From Mustelus asterias (taxonomy: Eukaryota), in NCBI RefSeq assembly GCF_964213995.1, contig NC_135806.1, forward strand, positions 139,438,001 through 139,502,000: a stretch of 64,000 bases of DNA, given 5' to 3'. Shown piece after piece: positions 12,801 to 27,800 of the stretch. The position numbers were made by a program, and so were the translations under genes. The stretch's first letter is position 1, and each line of letters starts with the position of its first letter. The notes under the pieces are model-generated. The model searched no databases, was not told the origin of the DNA, and saw only the letters and a list, made by a program, of their open reading frames with translations.

Positions 12801-15800
12801 TGTGACTCCTAACATTCCTCTGAAATGTCATTCCGTTCAAGGCCACATCCCATGAATGAATAAAACAAATGGCCTGCCCCGTATCCTGAGAATGTGACCC
12901 TTTGTTCTAGACACCAGCCGGGGCAAAGATCATCCCTGCATCCAGTCTGTCCAGCTCTGTCAGAATTTAAAGATTTTAATCAGATTCCCTCTCATTCTTC
13001 TAAACTCCAGTGAATAGAACATTGTCGACCCAATCTCTCCTCATACGTCAACCCTGCCTGCCCAGGAATCGGTCTGGTCAACCTTCACTGCACCCCCTCC
13101 AATGGCAAGTAAATACTTTCTTAGGCTGGAGACTCTTGGCCAATCCTGAAGGGTTGGAACCATTGCCTCTTGAGGGGGATCAATACCCATATTAATAATT
13201 ATGGAGGAAAATAATAGCCACATGAATAACTGTGTCCAGTGAAAGGGTTAACATGGACAAATCACAGAGCTTACCCAATGTGTAATTACAAGGTGGTTAT
13301 TACAAGCAACTAGTTCCGGACACTTGACCTTCAGGTAAAGAAGGGAGAAAGGTACTATGCTGGGAGAAGGCTTTTACATCCCACTGGACAAGGGAGTGAC
13401 CCGTGTTCGGGTATGTAGACACAGTTGGAATGTCTAAAGATAGAGGAAAATAATACTCAAATGAGGCAGTGAAAACCTCACGTCTATTGGATATTATAAT
13501 TAAGCAAGTGCAAGGTGATTGTGATTGGTTTTAAATATTACACTTTTATGATGTTACATTAACTATTAACTGTGATTGGATGGAGATAACTCCTATTCTG
13601 TTGTTGGTGTATGCTAATTATTTGTAATCATAGCTGAGACTTTAATTGCCTTTATATCTCTGAATTCTTTACTCTGAATGGACATTCAGGGGCCGATAGC
13701 TATTGTAAAGTTCATCTTCAAACCATTCCATTACTTTGGCTACTTGAGGGGAATACAGCAAGAAAGCCTTCGTAACAGCTTCCATCCCAGTTAGGTGTTT
13801 AAACGGCATTTTGTGTTTTCCAGTTAGCCGTCGGAATGGCTGGAGCATGGAGACAGCGGAGGAGGTGACAGGGAGGGAAGGAAAAGCTACTGTTCTGTTC
13901 TGCAAATTCACTCACCCTTACTCGGGATATAATGGCAACATCACGGTCAAATGGATAAAAGAAAAGAAAGTGATGTTTAGTTTTACAAATCATCCAACAC
14001 AAAACGCAACGGGCAGAAAGTTTCAGAATGTGATCAACCTGAATTTTAACAATCGTTACCAAATTCTGGGAAACCCGAGGAAGAACAAAATTTCAATCAT
14101 CATCAAACAGCTGAATAAAGAGGACACAAGAAATAAATACAGCTGTCGCGTGGAGTTCGATAACAAACCAAAAGCAGCTTATGAATTGGAGCACGGAGTT
14201 CTCACAATGAGAGGTGAGGAATATTTCAAATTCGATACAAGATTGTATGTAAAGTCAATCCAAACACAAACACAAAATGTTTTAAAGATGTGCAGCTGAG
14301 GTGCATTGGCCATGCTAAATTGCCCCTTAGTGTCCCGGGATGTGTAGGTTAGAGGGATTAGCGGGGTAAATACGTGGGGTTACGGGGACAGGTGGGATTG
14401 TTGTCAGTGCAGACTCGATGGGCTGAATGGCCTCCTTCTGCACTGTAAAGTTTCTATGATTCTGTGATAAAGAGTTCATTCTTGGTTTGTGGGCAATGCT
14501 GATAGTTATCGTCCATCCCAGGAAGTTTATGGGGCATCTTCTTCCTGAATCACTGATGATTCACTGGGCCACTGGGAGACGGCAACTTTAGTGTGGAATG
14601 GATTGCCCCTAAACCAGGGTGGTACAGGGCAAACTAGATGTCATTCAACATTTATTGCTCACCCCTGGTATCCCTGTAAAAGTGGTGACATAACTGAGTG
14701 GCTCACATTGACACACCCGGTGGCTGGATTGTAGAGGGAGGGATTTGGACTTGTCATGTTTCACATTGCAAAGAAATCTAAAACTGATTAAATATTGACT
14801 CCTGGACTGGGATTCTCCAATTGCACTCAGACCAGTTTTCAAACTCTGCCCGGTTCCCCTCTCTCCTTTGCAGGCTATGAGGCCGGTGAGCCTCCAGGCC
14901 CCGGGGCCTCTCTCCAAGCAGCAGCTTCCCTCTCCAGTAGCTCTCAGCTCCCAGTCTGGCACCGGCAGCAGCAGGTGCAGCAAATCCAGGGTGTAATGAA
15001 GCCAATCAGGCAGCTCCAATCCACTAGGCCCTGCTTAGGACTGCAGTTCAGCAGGCCCAGTCCAGGGCCTGCCTTATACAAGGCTCAGGTAATGGACAGG
15101 CACTGCCTGTTACCAGGGGAACTCATATTCATTGAACTCCACAGGGAAATCAATCAGTAATTTCCCATGGACCTCGCAGGGGTTATCACAAAGGTTAATG
15201 AGATACAGATGGGGAGCACACACTGGATAATGATTTGAGCACATGTAGAGGCATTTATAGATACTGGTGATGGATTGTAGAAATAAGAGTTATGCATTTG
15301 TGATTCACAGGTGAGTGATTAATCTTAAACCCAGAACAGGGAATTATTAGGTGGAATTTAATGTGATGGTGGTTTCACCCGCTGACTGGAGAGCCAGTAT
15401 CACCTAATTTGGGAAGGCTTGCACCATTCAGTGCAATCAGGCACTCACCAGGGCAGCACTGGGCCTTTCCTGTGACCAAGACCCTGGGTGAGGTCCCAAT
15501 CAGAGGCCAGCTACTCTTCATGGCTCAGTGGTGCCACTGTGGAGGATGTGGCTGCTGCTGGTACTACACCCACACAAATACCACGTTAACCAATGGAGCC
15601 AGGCACAGGTGAGTGATTGCAGGATTGGAGGAGGGGTCCCAGGGGAGGAAGTGTGGAGGCGGCGGGTCAGCAACAAACACAAGGGGTGACTCTCAGCAGG
15701 CTTCCCAGTTCCCACAATCCAGTGCTGAGTGGGACCCCCATGGAAGCCCACTAGCAACATGGGAAGCGTTTGCTTTTTGGACTTTGTAACAAGCCCCCCA

Positions 15801-18800
15801 ACCCACCACTGGATTAACATCGGACAAGGGATGAGGTCCTTACATTGACACTAATTGCTAATTAAGGGCTACATTTGTTGGCATGGTGGAAGGATTATTA
15901 TTCATGAAGCTTCTTAAGACACTAAGGGACAATTTAACATGGCCAACCCACCTAACCAGCACTTCAGAGCAGATTTAAATAGCGACTTTTTCTAATTGGA
16001 TATGAGTTGTGTTTAATTATATGTAAGGAGAGGTTTTCCCTGAACATCTTTAAAGACACATTTTCTGTAACTGTGCAATTGTGTTTGGAGATATTTGTTT
16101 GTAATGATTGACTCTGTAATTAAATATAAGACTAAGATTAGGATGAGGATCATCCTTCACTAACTGGCGCTCTGGAGTAGAATGAATTTCAAATGGGAAG
16201 GTACAAGACTGAGATTTACATCTTTGTGAGTGCCTGGGGCGCTGCCTGCTGTGACTTTAGTTAAAGTTAATTTATTAGTCGCAAATAAGGCTTCCATTAA
16301 CACTGAAATGAAGTTACTGTGAAATTCCCCTAGTCACCACACTCTGGCACCTGTTCAGGTCAGTGCACCTAACCAGCACGTCTTTCAGAATGTGGGAGGA
16401 AACCGGAGCATCCGTAGGAAACCCATGCAGACAACGTGCAGACTCCACACTAACAGTGACCCATTCCGGGAATCAAATCTAGGTCCCTGGCGCTGTGAGG
16501 CAGCAGTGCTAACCACTGTGCCACCCCATGAGGGGGGGGCAGTTGTAGACAGAGAGCAATGGGAGTATGTCTCTGTCTAGTACGGGCAGGCTGAGATGAC
16601 TTGTCCATGGTCTTAAGAACAAAGAACAGTACAGCACAGAAAACAGGCCCTTCGGCCCTCCAAGCCTGTGCCGCTCCTTGGTCCAACTAGACCAATCGTT
16701 TGTATCCCTCCATTCCCAGGCTGCTCATGTGACTATCCAGGTAAGTCTTAAACGATGTCAGCGTGCCTGCCTCCACCACCCTACTTGGCAGCGCATTCCA
16801 GGCCCCCACCACCCTCTGTGTAAAACTCTAATATCTGAGTTTTACTTCGCCCCTCTCACCTTGAGCCCGTGACCCCTCGTGAACGTCACTTCTGATCTGG
16901 GAAAAAGCTTCCCACCGTTCACCCTATCTATCCCCTTCATAATCTTGTACACCTCTATTAGATCTCCCCTCATTCTCCGTCTTTCCAGGGAGAACAACCC
17001 CAGTTTACCCAATCTCTCCTCATAGCTAAGACCCTCCATACCAGGCAACATCCTGGTAAACCTTCTCTGCACTCTCTCTAATGCCTCCACGTCCTTCTGG
17101 TAGTGCGGCGACCAGAACTGGACGCAGTACTCCAAATGTGGCCTAACCAGCGTTCTATACAGCTGCATCATCAGACTCCAGCTTTTATACTCTAGACCCC
17201 GTCTTATAAAGGCAAGCATACCATATGCCTTCTTCTCCACCTGTGTTGCCACCTTCAAGGATTTGTGGACGAGCACACCTAGGTCCCTCTGTGTTTCTAT
17301 ACTCCTGATGACTCTGCCAAAGCCGCCCCAAAAGCCACCAGCACAATCCATTTTCATCCCACCAGTCACATCTTCCATCAGACCCGGCAGGAAATCCTCT
17401 CCAATGGAGCAAGACCCATTTTCTCATCCTTTAACATCATCATCCTGATGTTTAAATCCCTCCATGTCCTTTTCTATCTCAGTGCTGTCACATCCTCCAG
17501 ACCAATTTCCCTCAAATCTCAGCACCTTTCCAACTTCACTTCCTGAAGGGAACATTGACTTCCACGTGTTTGTATAAATCTAGGTCGGTGTTGTCTGTCT
17601 TCAGGGATGTCACAGGGGAGATAAACATTGTAGAAACTACATTTAATAAAACTACACGATAGATTAATATCTGTTCTTTCAAATCCTCCCTCCCTCAGGT
17701 CAGAGCGATTCGCGGGCAGTGACTGGGGTGAAGGGAGATTCTGTCACTCTGTCCTGCACCTTCAATCCCCCTTGGCGTTCTCCCAGCTCCCTCACTGTCC
17801 TCTGGATGAAGAGGAATCTACGCAAAGATCCCACTGTTTTTAATTACACTCGTTCCCTCGGGGCTGGTTCTGGCTACACTGACCGAGTCACTGTGAATGA
17901 AGGAGATCGATATGAACTGATTGGAAACACAACCCAAGGAGACGCTTCCCTAAGGATGAGGAACCTGCAGCTGAACGACACCGATGATTACTTCTGTCAC
18001 GTACACATCAAGAATAGGAATCGGGAATGTGTGATTCAGGATGTGATGCAACTCCAGGTTGTTGGTAAGAAAACATCAATGTTTGTGATGTGGGGACATG
18101 GATAAAGCATGGTATAGCAGGTGGCACAGTGGTTAGCACTGCTGCCTCACAGTGCTAGCAATTTCCGGCTTGCATGTTGTGGAGTTTGCATGTTCTTCCT
18201 GTGTCGGTGTGGTTTACCATAAGACATAGGAGCAGAAGTAAGGCCATTCGGCCCATCGAGTCCACTCCTCCATTCAATCATGGTTGATTTCAACTCCATT
18301 TACCCGCTCTCTCCCCATAGCCCTTAATTCCTCGAGAAATCAAGAATTTATCAATTTCTGTCTTGAAGACGCTCAACGTCTCGGCCTCCACAGCCCTCTG
18401 TGGCAATGAATTCCACAGACCTACCACCCTCTGGCTGAAAAAATTTCTCCTCATCTCTGTTCTAAAGTGACTCCCTTTTATTCTAAGGCTGTGCCCCCGC
18501 GTCCTAGTCTCCCCTGCTAATGGAAACAACTTCCCTACGCCCATCCTATCTAAGCCGTTCATTATCTTGTAAGTTTCTATTAGATCTCCCCTCAACCTCC
18601 TAAACTCCAATGAATATAATCCCACGATCCTCAGACGTTCATCGTATGTCAGGCCTACCATTCCTGGGATCATCCGTGTGAATCTCCGCTGGACCCGCTC
18701 CAGTGCCAGTATGTCCTTCCTGAGGTGTGGGGCCCAAAATTGCTCACAGTACTCCAAATGGGGCCTAACCAGCGCTTTATAAAGCCTCAGAAGTACATCC

Positions 18801-21800
18801 CTGCTTTTGTATTCCAAGCCTCTTGAGATAAATGACAACATTACATTTGCTTTCTTAATTACGGACTCAACCTGCAAGTTTACCTTTAGAGAATCCTGGA
18901 CTAGGACTCCCAAGTCCCTTTGCACTTTAGCATTATGAATTTTGTCACCGTTTAGAAAATAGTCCATGCCTCTATTCTTTTTTCCAAAGTGCAAGACCTC
19001 GCACTTGTCCACGTTGAATTTCATCAGCCACTTCTTGGACCACTCTCCTAAACTGTCTAAATCTTTCTGCAGCCTCCCCACCTCCTCAATACTACCTGCC
19101 CCTCCACCTATCTTTGTATCATCGGCAAACTTGGCCAGAATGCCCCCAGTCCCGTCATCTAGATCGTTAATATATAAAGAGAACAGCTGTGGCCCCAACA
19201 CTGAACCCTGCGGGACACCACTTGTCACCGGTTGCCATTCTGAGAAAGAACCTTTTATCCCAACTCTCTGCCTTCTGTCTGACAGCCAATCGTCAATCCA
19301 TGTTAGCACCTTGCCTCGAATACCATGGGCCCTTATTTTACTCAGCAGTCTCCCGTGAGGCACCTTGTCAAAGGCCTTTTGGAAGTCAAGATAGATAACC
19401 ACAGTCCAAAGATAGATGGGTTAGGTGGATTGGCCAGGCTAAATTTCCCCTCAGTGTCCTAATTTTTTAGCATGGCGGGCTGGGAGAATCGCTGGTTGGC
19501 CGATTCACGGGATTCGCGCATGCGTTCTTGACACGTGCGCATCTCCCAGGGCCGAAGATCTGGCGCAGTCCGGACCACGCTGGAAGCCAGCGGGAGCAGC
19601 AGGTAAGTGATTTAGATCTATTTTTAATCTTAGTTAAATGTGATAATTGGACCTGGGACTGAATTCTCCGAGCCCACTAGCATCCCCTCCACCCCCACCT
19701 GTACAATTTCACTCCGGCGGGGTTTAGAGTAGCACCCCACTTTCGGGGAAGTAGCGGGAGACCCAGGGCGTCAGGCGATTGGGAGGGGGGTGCCCCCTGG
19801 ATATGGGCAGCCCCGCAGTGCCAGATTGTGCCACCTGGCACTGCCCAAGGGGCAAAGTGTCCATGCCCAGGGGGCACCTTGACACTGCCCATCAGACATC
19901 GGGCAGTGCCAAGAGGTGGGGTCTAGGGGGTAGTGCCAGGTGGGTGGGGCCTGGGGGGCAATTGGTGGGGGTGGGAGGATCCCGCTGCCACTCTGCATTG
20001 TGATCGATTGGGGCTGGAGGGAGGCCAGCGAACGGGGCGGGCTGGGGGGAGGGGTGTTCTGCCAGGTGGGTCTGCCTCCTGTGGGGCGATCTGCTGGGAG
20101 GGGGGTCTGCTGGGGGGGGGTCTGCCTCCCGAGAGGGCGGGATCGTCACTGCTGGGGGGAGGCGGGGCTGGAGATCGGGGCGCTCCTGGATGACGGGGGG
20201 GTTGGGCTGGCCCAGGAGTTCTCATGGAGTCCACGATCGGGCCATGGGGGGGGGGGGCTGGAGGGGCAGCACTGCAAGGGTCCCGGGCTGGCCAGCGATT
20301 GAGCTGTTCAGCAAACTGCAGGCTGAGAGTTCGGGGCCATTGCTCCTGCACAGAGTTCCAGAACTGACAGACGTTTGTGTGAATAGGCTCCACCCCCTCC
20401 CGAGCTTTTAATGATATTCACGATTGTGGCCTCTGCATTGCACAGAATGTGGGAGATTCGAGTGTCAACTCCCACTGAAAAAACAATCGTGATTTACACC
20501 AGTTTTCCCGCAAATTCAGCACTTAGAACCTTTTGGGAGAATCGCCCCATTGGTATCCAAGCATGTGTAGGGGTAAATATGTGGCTTATGTGGTAAGTCT
20601 GGGTAAAAGTCAGTGTAGCCTTAATGGGCCGAATGGCCCCCTTCCTGCACTGTGAAAAGTTAAGATCAGGTCAGTTCCCAGTGAGGGGCTGAGATGGAGC
20701 TGAACCTTTATTATTCCAACACAAATACCTGGGTCCTAGTGGCCACAGCTGGAAACAGCACTGAGTGAGTCAACAGGCACTGAATGATTGGCTGTGACCA
20801 ATATGGCCAGAGGTGGATTTCCATCTCGTGGTGAGTGTCACTTCCTGTCTGGCACTGTGAGTGTTAAGAACATAAGAAATAGGAGCAGGAGTAGGCCATC
20901 TAGCCCCTCGAGCCTGCCCCGCCATTCAATAAGATCATGGCTGATCTGAAGTGGATCAGTTCCACTTACCCGCCTGATCCCTATCACCCCTAATTCCCTT
21001 ACTGATCAGGAATCCATCTATCCGTGATTTAAACATATTCAACAAGGTAGCCTCCACCATTTCAGTGGGCAGAGAATTCCAGAGATTCACCACCCTCTGA
21101 GAGAAGAAGTTCCTCCTCAACTCTGTCCTAAACTGACCCCCCTTTATTCTAGTTCTAGCTTCCTTTCTAAGTGGAAAGAATCTCTCCACCTCTACCCTAT
21201 CCAGCCCCTTCATTATCTTATAGGTCTCTATAAGATCCCCCCTCAGCCTTCCAAATTCCAATGAGTACAAACCCAATCTGCTCCGTCTCTCCTCATAATC
21301 AACACCCCTCATCTCTGGTATCAACCTGGTGAACCTTCTCTGCACTCCTTCCAAGGCCAATATATCCTTCCGCAAATAAGGGGACCAATACTGCACACAG
21401 TATTCCAGCTGCGGCCTCACCAATGCCCTGTACAGATGCAGCAAGACATCTCTGCTTTTATATTCTATCCCCCTTGCGATATGGGCCAACATCCCATTTG
21501 TCTTCTTGTGTTCAGGAGACTCTTTCAGCCTCCATTCCCTGGGCTGCTCTGTTGTCAAGATCCATGGATAAACTCCAACTAATTTAATCCGCTTCCCACA
21601 TTAGCACAACCCTTGGTTTCAGAGTGGGGTGTGTCTGACCACAGTTGGCCTGTTGGTTTACAGGGACTGTGTACTTTACTGAAACCTTTATAACATAAGA
21701 TATATTTTGTAACCAGTGTTATTTCTAAAAACGCTGAACATTTGTGAGATAAGTGGGAGTGAAGGAATATTACATTCTAGTCAAACTTTTCATGATAGTT

Positions 21801-24800
21801 TTCTTTGTTGTCCAAAGCTAAATGGCAGAAGAGGATCTGGTTCCTCACTGAATATTATAATCCAGCCTCCATCTGTTGGGAAATAAACAGTTGAGGTCCA
21901 AAGAGACAAAGGGGTCCACTTATTCATAAAGGGTGATTCTGGTGTAGTGGTAATGTCACTGACTTGTAACCCAGAGACCTCAAGACATGTGTTCAAATTT
22001 CACCGCCGTCTTAACATTGCATAGAAACATAGAATAGAAACCCTACAGTGCAGAAGGAGGCCATTCGGCCCATCGAGTCTGCGCCGACCACAATCCCACC
22101 CAGGCCCTACCCCCACATATTTTACCCGCTAATCCCTCTAACCTACGCATCACAGGACTCTAAGGGACAATTTTTAACCTGGCCAATCAACCTAACCCAC
22201 ACATCTTTGGACTGTGGGAGGAAACCGGAGCACCCGGAGGAAATCCACGCAGACACGAGGAGAATGTGCAAACTCCACACAGTGACCCGAGCCGGGAATC
22301 GAACCCGGGATCCTGGAGCTGTGAAGCAGCAGTGCTAACCACTGTGCTACCGTGCCGCCCGTGCAGTTGATGTTGTGACTGGATGGGAAGGTCCCAGAAT
22401 GAAACTCTGGTACAAAGGATCTTTTTTTTAGATAACATGGCAGGATAGATTCACAACACTGCCTATTAACTTTTAACAACAAAAAAAATTATCAACATGA
22501 AAAGTTTAACAATAATAAAATGCTCCCCCACTCCCACTTATCTATACAAATATTCACCATTTTTAGGAATAACACCAGTTACAAATTATATCCTATTCTA
22601 TAAGAGTTTCAATAAAATATACAGTCCCTGTAAAACAACAGGCCAACTATGGTCAGACGCACCCCACTCTGGGTGAGCGCTATTGCTTGGTTTCAATGAA
22701 ACACCTGTGGATTTTTCCTCAAATTGCCCCTAGATTATTAACCCAAAAACATAGAAAACAGGAGCAGGACTAGGCCATTCATCTCTTCGAGCCTGTTCCA
22801 CCACTTATTATGATCATGGCTGATCATCAAATTCAATAGACTAATCCCATCTTCCCCCCATATTGTTTGATCCCTTTAGCCCCGAGAGCTTTATCTAATT
22901 TCCTCTTGAAATCAGACAACATTTTGGCCTCAACTACATTCTGTGGGAGTGAATTCCACACATTCACCACCCTCTGGGTGAATAAATTGCTCCTCACCTC
23001 AGTCCTAAAAGGTTTACCCATTATCCTCAAACTATGACCCCTAGTTCTGGATTCCCCCACCATCGGGAACATTCTTTCTGATTCTACCCTGTCTAACCCT
23101 GTTAGAATTTTATAAGTTTCCATGAGATCCCGTCTCACTCTCCTAAACTCTAGTGAATATAATCCTAACTGACTTAGTCTCTTCTCATGTGACTGGTAAA
23201 CCTCCTTCTATAGCAAGGACATCCTTCCTCGGATAGGGACACCAAAACTGCACACAATATTCCAGGTGTGGCCTCACCAACACCCAATACAATTGCAGCA
23301 AAACATCTCTATCCCTATACTCAAATCACCCTGCGTTGAAGGCCAACATACCATTCGCCTCTTTACTGCCTGCTGTTGCACGCTTACTTTCAGCGACTGA
23401 TGCATGAGGACACCAGGGCCTCGCCGAGTATCCACCTCTCTCAATTTACACCCATTCAAGTAATAATCTGTCTTCCTACCATATAAGGGATATGGGCAAA
23501 GGCAGTTCAATGGAGCTAGATCGCAGGTCAACTGTGATCTCATTGAATGAATGGTTAAACAGGCTGAAGGGGCTAAATGGCCAATCCCTGTTCCTATATT
23601 CCAGTAAGGATCAATGAATCGGAGTTAACCTCATTGTCCTTTTCCTTCCCCAAGTCCCAGCCACCATCTTGGAGCTGTCGGCAGTGAGCGATAATATAAC
23701 TGGAGAGAGCATTGTGTGCTGGGTTGAAGCTGTGCCACCTGCCAACATCACGTGGATCGATCCTGAGGGCAGCTCAGTGCCCGGGAACAGCACTGACACA
23801 ACAGTCACACGAGAGCTGGACAAGCATCAAGCCATAGGAGAGTTTCGTAACCCAATACTGAGAGGGACGTACAACTGCGTGGCTGTAAATGAACACGGGA
23901 GAGACGTCTGTCAGATCCGCCTCACCGGTGAAGATGAGGACAAGTCCACTCTCGTCCCTTACATTGTGCCCTCTCTGCTCATTATCTCCTTTTTGTTATT
24001 TGGTTTTATTATCTGGATGTTGAAGAGAGGTGAGCTTCACAATACAAATTCTACTGCTGGGAGGGATTGGTGATAATTTTGTTGCATCTTCTAGTTTCCA
24101 TAGATTAGTGGGAGCTCAGTAGCTTGGGAAAAATGTTTGAAACCAGCAAAAGGGTGACTAAAAAAAAACAAAGTGGCCATCTTACAGCTTTTTACAGGAT
24201 CTTTAATGTTATCTCAAACACGTTTTACGGGTATCATGTTTCCTTCAGTGCTTTTACAGTTAATTTAACCCTGAGCTGCTGTACCTTTAGTGGCCACTGC
24301 CTTAGCTGCTCATAGGCTAATGCTTGACTGCAGTGGTGGTGCTGTTGCATTTTCACTGATTCTTTTCCAGTTTATCTCTAAGCTTTGCCTATGAAGCAGT
24401 GATTTTGGTGTGAAAATGGCTGCAGATACAAGGCTCCGAAAACCAGCCATTGAAAGGGGCAATGTTTGTGAAAGTAGCTAGTCTGGAACGTCCCTTTGGT
24501 GGAATCTCTCATGTCCCAACAGCCATTTGCCTGTCCAAAGAGGCTCCATGTCAGGATCAAAGGCTCCGCTACTTGCCCTGAGCTCTCAATGCCATCCAAT
24601 CCTGGCACAGCATTCTTCTCTTACCCACCTCCGCTCAGTGGGCCACTTGCTCAGTAACATAGTGGCACAGAGGCATGGGTGGCATAATGGTTAGCACTGC
24701 TGCCTCACAGCGCCAGTTTGTATTTATATGGCAGCTTTAACATAAGATTACAGGAGAGATCATCCAACAGCATTGGAAACTGCGCCACGTGAGATAGGTA

Positions 24801-27800
24801 ATAGTGCCTTGGTCAGAGGGTATGTTTGAAAGAGTTTAATAAAGGAGGAGATAGCTGAGGAGAGATCGTGAGGTTTAGGGAGGGAACTCGAGAGTATTAG
24901 GTCATCAATTGCTTTTTTTATTCATTCATGAGATGTGGAGCGGATCCTCCACCGGGTGTTAAAAATCCTGCATGCCTGATTTCCTTTTGATTTCTATGGA
25001 AATTCCATCTTACATTTCCGTATCTTTGACAGATCCACGAGGAGGAGGGATTCCTGTTAACAGTGCTGTTGATTCAGTGTCACAGCAAGCGGAGACAGGT
25101 ATAGAGACAACTCGCTTTGCATTGAGAACATTCTTCAAAGTACAAGCCATGAGGCGACATGGTGGCACAGTTGTTAGCACTGCTGCCTCACAGCGCCAGG
25201 GACTCGGGTTCAATTCTGGCCTCGGGTGACTGTGTGGAGTTTGCGTGTCTGCATGGGTTTCCTCCGGGTGCTCCGGTTTCCTCCCACAGTCCAAAAATGT
25301 GTGGGTTAGGTGGATTGTCCATGCAAAATTGGCCCTTAGTGTCAGGGGGACTAGCAGGATAAATACATGGGGTTACGGGGATAGGGCCTGGTTGGGATTG
25401 TTGTCAGTGCAAGCTCGATGGGCTAAATGGCCTCCTTCTGCACTGTAGGATTCTATGATTCTACAATAAGCTTAAAATAAAAATAGAAAATGCTAGAAAT
25501 ATCCAGCATTTATTGTCTTCCCTAGTTGCCCTACAGGAGGTGCTTTTTAGTTGTGACCACACAAATAATATCCTTCCATGGCATTCTTCTATGGGAAGTG
25601 GGGTCACTGGCAAGGTCACTGTTTGTTGACGCTTGTTCCTATTTTTTCTTTATTCATTTGTGGGACATGGGCGTCACTGGCTGGACAGCATTTGTTGCCC
25701 ATCCCTAGTTGCCCTTGAAACTGTGTGTCTTGCTCGGCCATTTCAGGGGGCAGTTAAGAGTCAACCACACTGCTGTGTCTCTGGAGCCACATGTAGGCCA
25801 GACCGGGTAAGGACAGCAGATTTCCTTCTCTAAAGGACAATGGTGAACCAGATAGGTTTTTAACAACAATTCAGGAGTTCCTGGCCACCATTACTGACAC
25901 TAGCTTTTTCATTTCAGATGTATTTAATTAACTAAATTCAAATTTTACAGAGGCCTTTGAACTCATACCTCCAGATCCTTCATCCCAAAGTTTGGATTGC
26001 TAGTCCAGTAACATAACCACCATGCTACTGTACACACAAAGGGCTACTGCCATGGATGACAATAGTGGAATGGTGAAAACTGGGGAGTGCAAGAGGACAG
26101 GCTTGGAGGAGCCCAGGGAGGGGGGAGAGCTGCAGGGGTGAAACATGGCTACAGTCCTGTTGAATAGTTGGGCCGTATGTTGTGCTCAAGGTGAGAGGGT
26201 TGGGAGGAGAATGAGGAGGATAATAAATGGGGTGGAGCAGATTGTCCAGCATGCTGTTACATAACCCCCCTGCCTGATCTTCATTTTATTGATCTCTATG
26301 GACATTCCGTCGATAGGAAGGAAGCACTAGAGGGGGTACAGGAGGATTCACCAGGATGTTGCTGGGATGGAGCATTTGAGCTATAAGGAGAGACTGGATA
26401 GGCTTGGATTGTTTTCTCTCGAGCCGAGATGCTGAGGGGGACATGATTGAGGTGTACAGGGTGATGAGAGTGAGTAGGAAGCAGCTGTTCCCCTTGGTTG
26501 AAGGGTCAGTCACGAGGGGGCATTGTTTTAGGGTGAGGGGCAGGAGATTCAGAGGGGATTTGAGATTCACTCAGAGGGTGGTGAGAACCTGGAATGCACT
26601 GCCTGGGAAGGTAGTGGAGACCAGAAACCTTACAACCTTTAAAAAGTATTGGGATGAGCACTTGACTCTGTGACATTTCTGTATTTTTGACAGATCCACA
26701 GGGAGTTGGAGGGATTCCTGTTTACAGTGCCATTGATCCAGTGTCACAGCAAGCGGAAACAGGTATAGAGACGACTCACTTTGCATTGAGAACATTCTTC
26801 AAAGTATAAACCATAAGCTTAAAATAAAAACAGAAAATGCGAGAAATATCCAACGGATCAGATAGCATCAACAGAGAGGGAGATTGAAGACAAGAGCTCA
26901 CATTTCAGCTCAAAGACCTTTCATCAGGATGGGGAAAAGTTACAGATGGAGCAGAGGTAGGGGGTGAGAACAAAATCATAGAATCCCACAGTGCAGAGGG
27001 AGGCCATTCAGCCCATCCAGTCTGCACCGACCACAATCTCACCCAGGCCCTATCCCCATAACTCCATGCATTTACCCTGGTTAGTCCCCCTGACACTAAG
27101 GGGCAATTTAGCCTGGCCAATCCACCTGACCCACACATCTTTGGGAGGAAAGGGAAAGCCTGTGATAGGTCATGGTTTTTAATTTATTCTTTCACAGGAC
27201 ATGGGCATCGCTGGCTAGACCAGCATTTATCGCCCATCTCTAATTGCCCCTTGAGGAGGAGGTGGTGAGCTGCCATGTTGAACTGCTTCAGTCTGTGCGT
27301 TGTAGGTACATCCACAGTGCAGTTAGGGAGGGAGTTCCAGGACTTTTACCCACAAACACCAGAGAGAAGTCAGACTGTGTCGCTGCACTTTATCTGCAAT
27401 GATAAGAAGGTGTAACTGGGGTGATCAGTAAGTTTGCGGACGACACAAAACTGGCAGGACTTGCAGATAGTGAGGAGCATTGTCAGAGGCTACAGAATGA
27501 TATAGGTAGGCTGGAAATTTGGGCAAAGAAATGGCAGATGGAGTTCAATCCTGATAAATGCGAAGTGATGCATTTTGGTAGAAATAATGTAGGGAGGAGC
27601 TATATGATAAATGGAAGAACCATAAAGGGTGTAGATACACAGAGGGACCTGGGTGTGCAAGTCCACAGATCCTTGAAGGTGACGTCACAGGTGGAGAAGG
27701 TGGTGAAGAAGGCATATGGCATGCTTGCCTTTATAGGACGGGGCATAGAGTATAAAAGTTGGGGTCTGATGTTGCAGATGTATAGAATGTTGGTTTGGCT

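Noticed and set aside
14645-15160. Overlapping ORFs of about 120 aa in intron 2
   Set aside because: No recognisable domain or phase-compatible splice sites; probably an LTR-like repeat.
19677-20411. Pro/Gly-rich ORFs (also 45079-45650 and 55208-55775)
   Set aside because: They arise from GC-rich, poly-G repeat sequence that lacks stops; no domain or splice support.
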